Assembly (NCBI GenBank): GCA_964016885.1 | Contig: CAXHJY010001078.1 | Location: 27,227 to 91,226, forward strand | Length of the DNA stretch: 64,000 nucleotides | From: Eledone cirrhosa | Lineage: Eukaryota | Reading direction: 5' to 3' | Part shown: positions 63,785-64,000 of the stretch, piece after piece | How positions within the stretch are numbered: position 1 is the first letter of the stretch | Layout: the number at the start of each line of letters is the position of its first letter | Made by a program: the position numbers and the translations under genes | Notes under the pieces: model-generated | The model's database searches: none | Seen by the model: the letters and a program-made list of their open reading frames with translations, nothing else | Told to the model about the DNA's origin: nothing

Positions 63785-64000
63785 CAGGGTTTATCTCTTT
63801 TAAGGGTGGGATGGGTCCCTTTCAGTACAGCATCTCTCCATTTCTCAAGGTCCCTCGTCATCTCCTCTGTGAGTTTCAATGATCTGAGGTCAGCTGTCAC
63901 CACCTCCACCCATGTTTTTTTTGGTTTTCCTCTACTGCGTCTTCTTTCCACTGGGATTTCTTGGCACTTCTCACCAGCTGTCATCTTCCATACGCATCAC
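63785..64000 (-). mobile_element. RTE 3' fragment running off the window end
   Basis: KCQEIPVE...GKPKKTW...DLRSLKLT...WRDAV. Confidence 0.85.

Overview
AT-rich eukaryotic (animal) genomic DNA dominated by mobile elements and microsatellites. The repeat mix (abundant RTE LINEs with (ATG)n tails, tRNA-headed CORE and Deu/Nin-type SINEs, kb-scale (TA)n arrays) suggests a cephalopod such as Octopus; this is inference. Only one host exon is recognisable: a 195-bp phase 1-1 Sushi/CCP exon at 10403-10597 (+), missed by the ORF track, so most of the window is probably intronic. Mobile elements: four RTE families (three carry a PHD finger inserted inside the RT domain; one near-full-length copy at 25.9-29.2 kb and a near-identical inverted copy at 42.6-45.3 kb), CR1-like and R4/Dong-like fragments, two Penelope-like GIY-YIG 3' ends, a decayed mariner, a maT (DD37D) element, piggyBac-type MITEs and many SINEs. 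The most interesting signals are small structured-RNA elements embedded in (TA)n: two hammerhead ribozymes with intact cores plus variant or decayed ones, a hairpin family containing half a hammerhead with compensatory changes, and a ~520-bp palindrome built from a circularly permuted ~270-nt monomer carrying a tRNA mimic. Most long ORFs in the track are microsatellite or antisense artefacts. All alignments and folds were done by eye, and element boundaries are approximate.
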